From NCBI GenBank assembly GCA_001179505.1, contig CDMY01000298.1, positions 62,001-126,000 on the forward strand: 64,000 nucleotides of DNA, given 5' to 3'. Both the position numbers and the translations under genes were made by a program. Numbering within the stretch: the stretch's first letter is position 1; every line of letters starts with the position of its first letter. This stretch comes from Vitrella brassicaformis CCMP3155. Its lineage: Eukaryota > Protista > Chromerida. Positions 62,604-64,000 of the stretch are shown one piece after another. The notes below the pieces were generated by a model. That model was not told the origin of the DNA. It ran no database searches and saw only the letters and a list, made by a program, of their open reading frames with translations.

Positions 62604-62903
62604 NNNNNNNNNNNNNNNNNNNNNNNNNNNNNNNNNNNNNNNNNNNNNNNNNNNNNNNNNNNNNNNNNNNNNNNNNNNNNNNNNNNNNNNNNNNNNNNNN
62701 NNNNNNNNNNNNNNNNNNNNNNNNNNNNNNNNNNNNNNNNNNNNNNNNNNNNNNNNNNNNNNNNNNNNNNNNNNNNNNNNNNNNNNNNNNNNNNNNNNNN
62801 NNNNNNNNNNNNNNNNNNNNNNNNNNNNNNNNNNNNNNNNNNNNNNNNNNNNNNNNNNNNNNNNNNNNNNNNNNNNNNNNNNNNNNNNNNNNNNNNNNNN
62901 NNN
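62604..62903. other. Assembly gap (300 N)
   Basis: Run of N seen directly. Confidence 1.
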
Positions 62904-63956
62904 TCTGTCTGTTACTCACGGAGGGAGGGAGGGAGGATTGTGTGTGTGGGTGGCGTGGCACCATGGCCTTTTTCTGTCTGTCTGTGTGCTTGCATTCAGG
63001 TGTCCGGGCAGCTGTCTGATAGGAGCCGGCAGCTGCACCGCAAGAACTTCATCATAAGGAGGGTCAGTGAGCTCGCCCGACACACGACACACGACACCCG
63101 CAAGGACGTGTCTGTGTTCACGTTGATGCGTCGGTGTAGGTGATGGCGCTGAGTGTGGCGTGTCCGATAATCTTCTCCCTGCGGGGCTTCTACTGCCTGG
63201 CCTTCTCGTTCGGCTTCATCAGCAAGTACTACCCCCAGGGCATCTCGCGGTTCATATGGGACGCCATTGTGAGCACACAGACACACAGACTCACACACAA
63301 CAGACCACCAGCACACAGTGAATGACCCATCGCTATTCACCCTCGTGTGTGTGGTGCACCCACCGGTGTGTCTGTCAGATCTACATGACGTCCGAGTGGG
63401 TGCCCTCTCTGCTGATGCTATTCTTCTTCTGGCCACGAAGGAGCCACCAGCTGCCACCAAGGGTCAGCACACATCACATCAAATCACACCACTCACACCA
63501 CTCAAACCATACCCATCTGTGCCCTGAACACCAATCAGGTTGAGAATTCCGACGTCTCAGCCCCTCTGGTGCGCTCCAACTACCCCCAGGCCGGCGCCCG
63601 GGCCTCCCAGCCCCTCCCTGCCCCCTCCGCTGCCCGCACCGTCAGGCAGCCCCGAGCCACCTATGACGGCCGCATGGGCGACTACCAGCCGTTGCCGCAA
63701 CAACAGGCCTATGGTGGGGGCGTGGGGCGGCACGGCGACATGGCTGGAGGCGCGCCGCACATCGATGTGTGGGTAAGTCAGAGGGGAGGGCGGTGGAAGT
63801 GGGTGTACATGTATCTGGTCCGTGTGTTTGTGTGTGTCTGTGTGTGTGGTGCAGGACCGTGCTAAGGATGGGGGCACCCATGTAGTGCCTGCCGAGGCTG
63901 CACTGAGGCCTGCTGCTGACGACGGTGAAACGCCCAAGCCCAAAGGCCATCGGTGA
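62904..63956 (+). CDS. TOM1/THH1-like gene, copy 3 (3' half, from intron 2 to stop)
   Basis: Exons match copy 2 while introns differ (e.g. 61954-62030 vs 63064-63138); final exon identical to 59954-60054. Confidence 0.7.
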
Positions 63957-64000
63957 TGGACCGACGGATGGACAGCGGGTGGGTAGCGCTTCAGTGAGTG

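Noticed and set aside
1-64000. tRNA, rRNA, CRISPR array or transposase/reverse-transcriptase elements
   Set aside because: GTTCGA-like hits lack cloverleaf context; repeats are microsatellites or simple duplications without spacers; no DDE, RT or tyrosine-recombinase motifs in any ORF.

Overview
Gene-dense, GC-rich eukaryotic genomic DNA with many short GT-AG introns full of CA/TG, GACA, GGAT and GAGT microsatellites, and three 300-N scaffold gaps. Style and gene families suggest the chromerid alveolate Vitrella brassicaformis (inference, not verified by search). Recognisable genes: a CELF/Bruno-like RRM-RRM-WW-RRM protein (runs off the left edge), a divergent Pumilio/PUF-repeat protein, an NSE2/MMS21-like SP-RING SUMO ligase, a bacterial-type Cj0069-family ATP-grasp protein, GPN-loop GTPase GPN3, NDOR1/TAH18 diflavin reductase and a TOM1/THH1-like multi-pass membrane protein present in 2-3 partial copies. 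Between them lie lineage-specific and partly decayed genes: F-box-like ORFs, a kinase-like gene plus a broken paralogue, a TLDc gene with an in-frame TGA, and an inverted paralogue pair with different RNA-processing-type tails (RS vs RRM). The most striking non-coding observation is the 8-9-mer TGCGAGCT(T), present in all six short head-to-head intergenic intervals and twice next to telo-box-like motifs. No tRNA, rRNA, CRISPR array or transposase/RT ORF could be supported. All gene models were spliced by eye, and family calls rest on remembered motifs rather than database searches.
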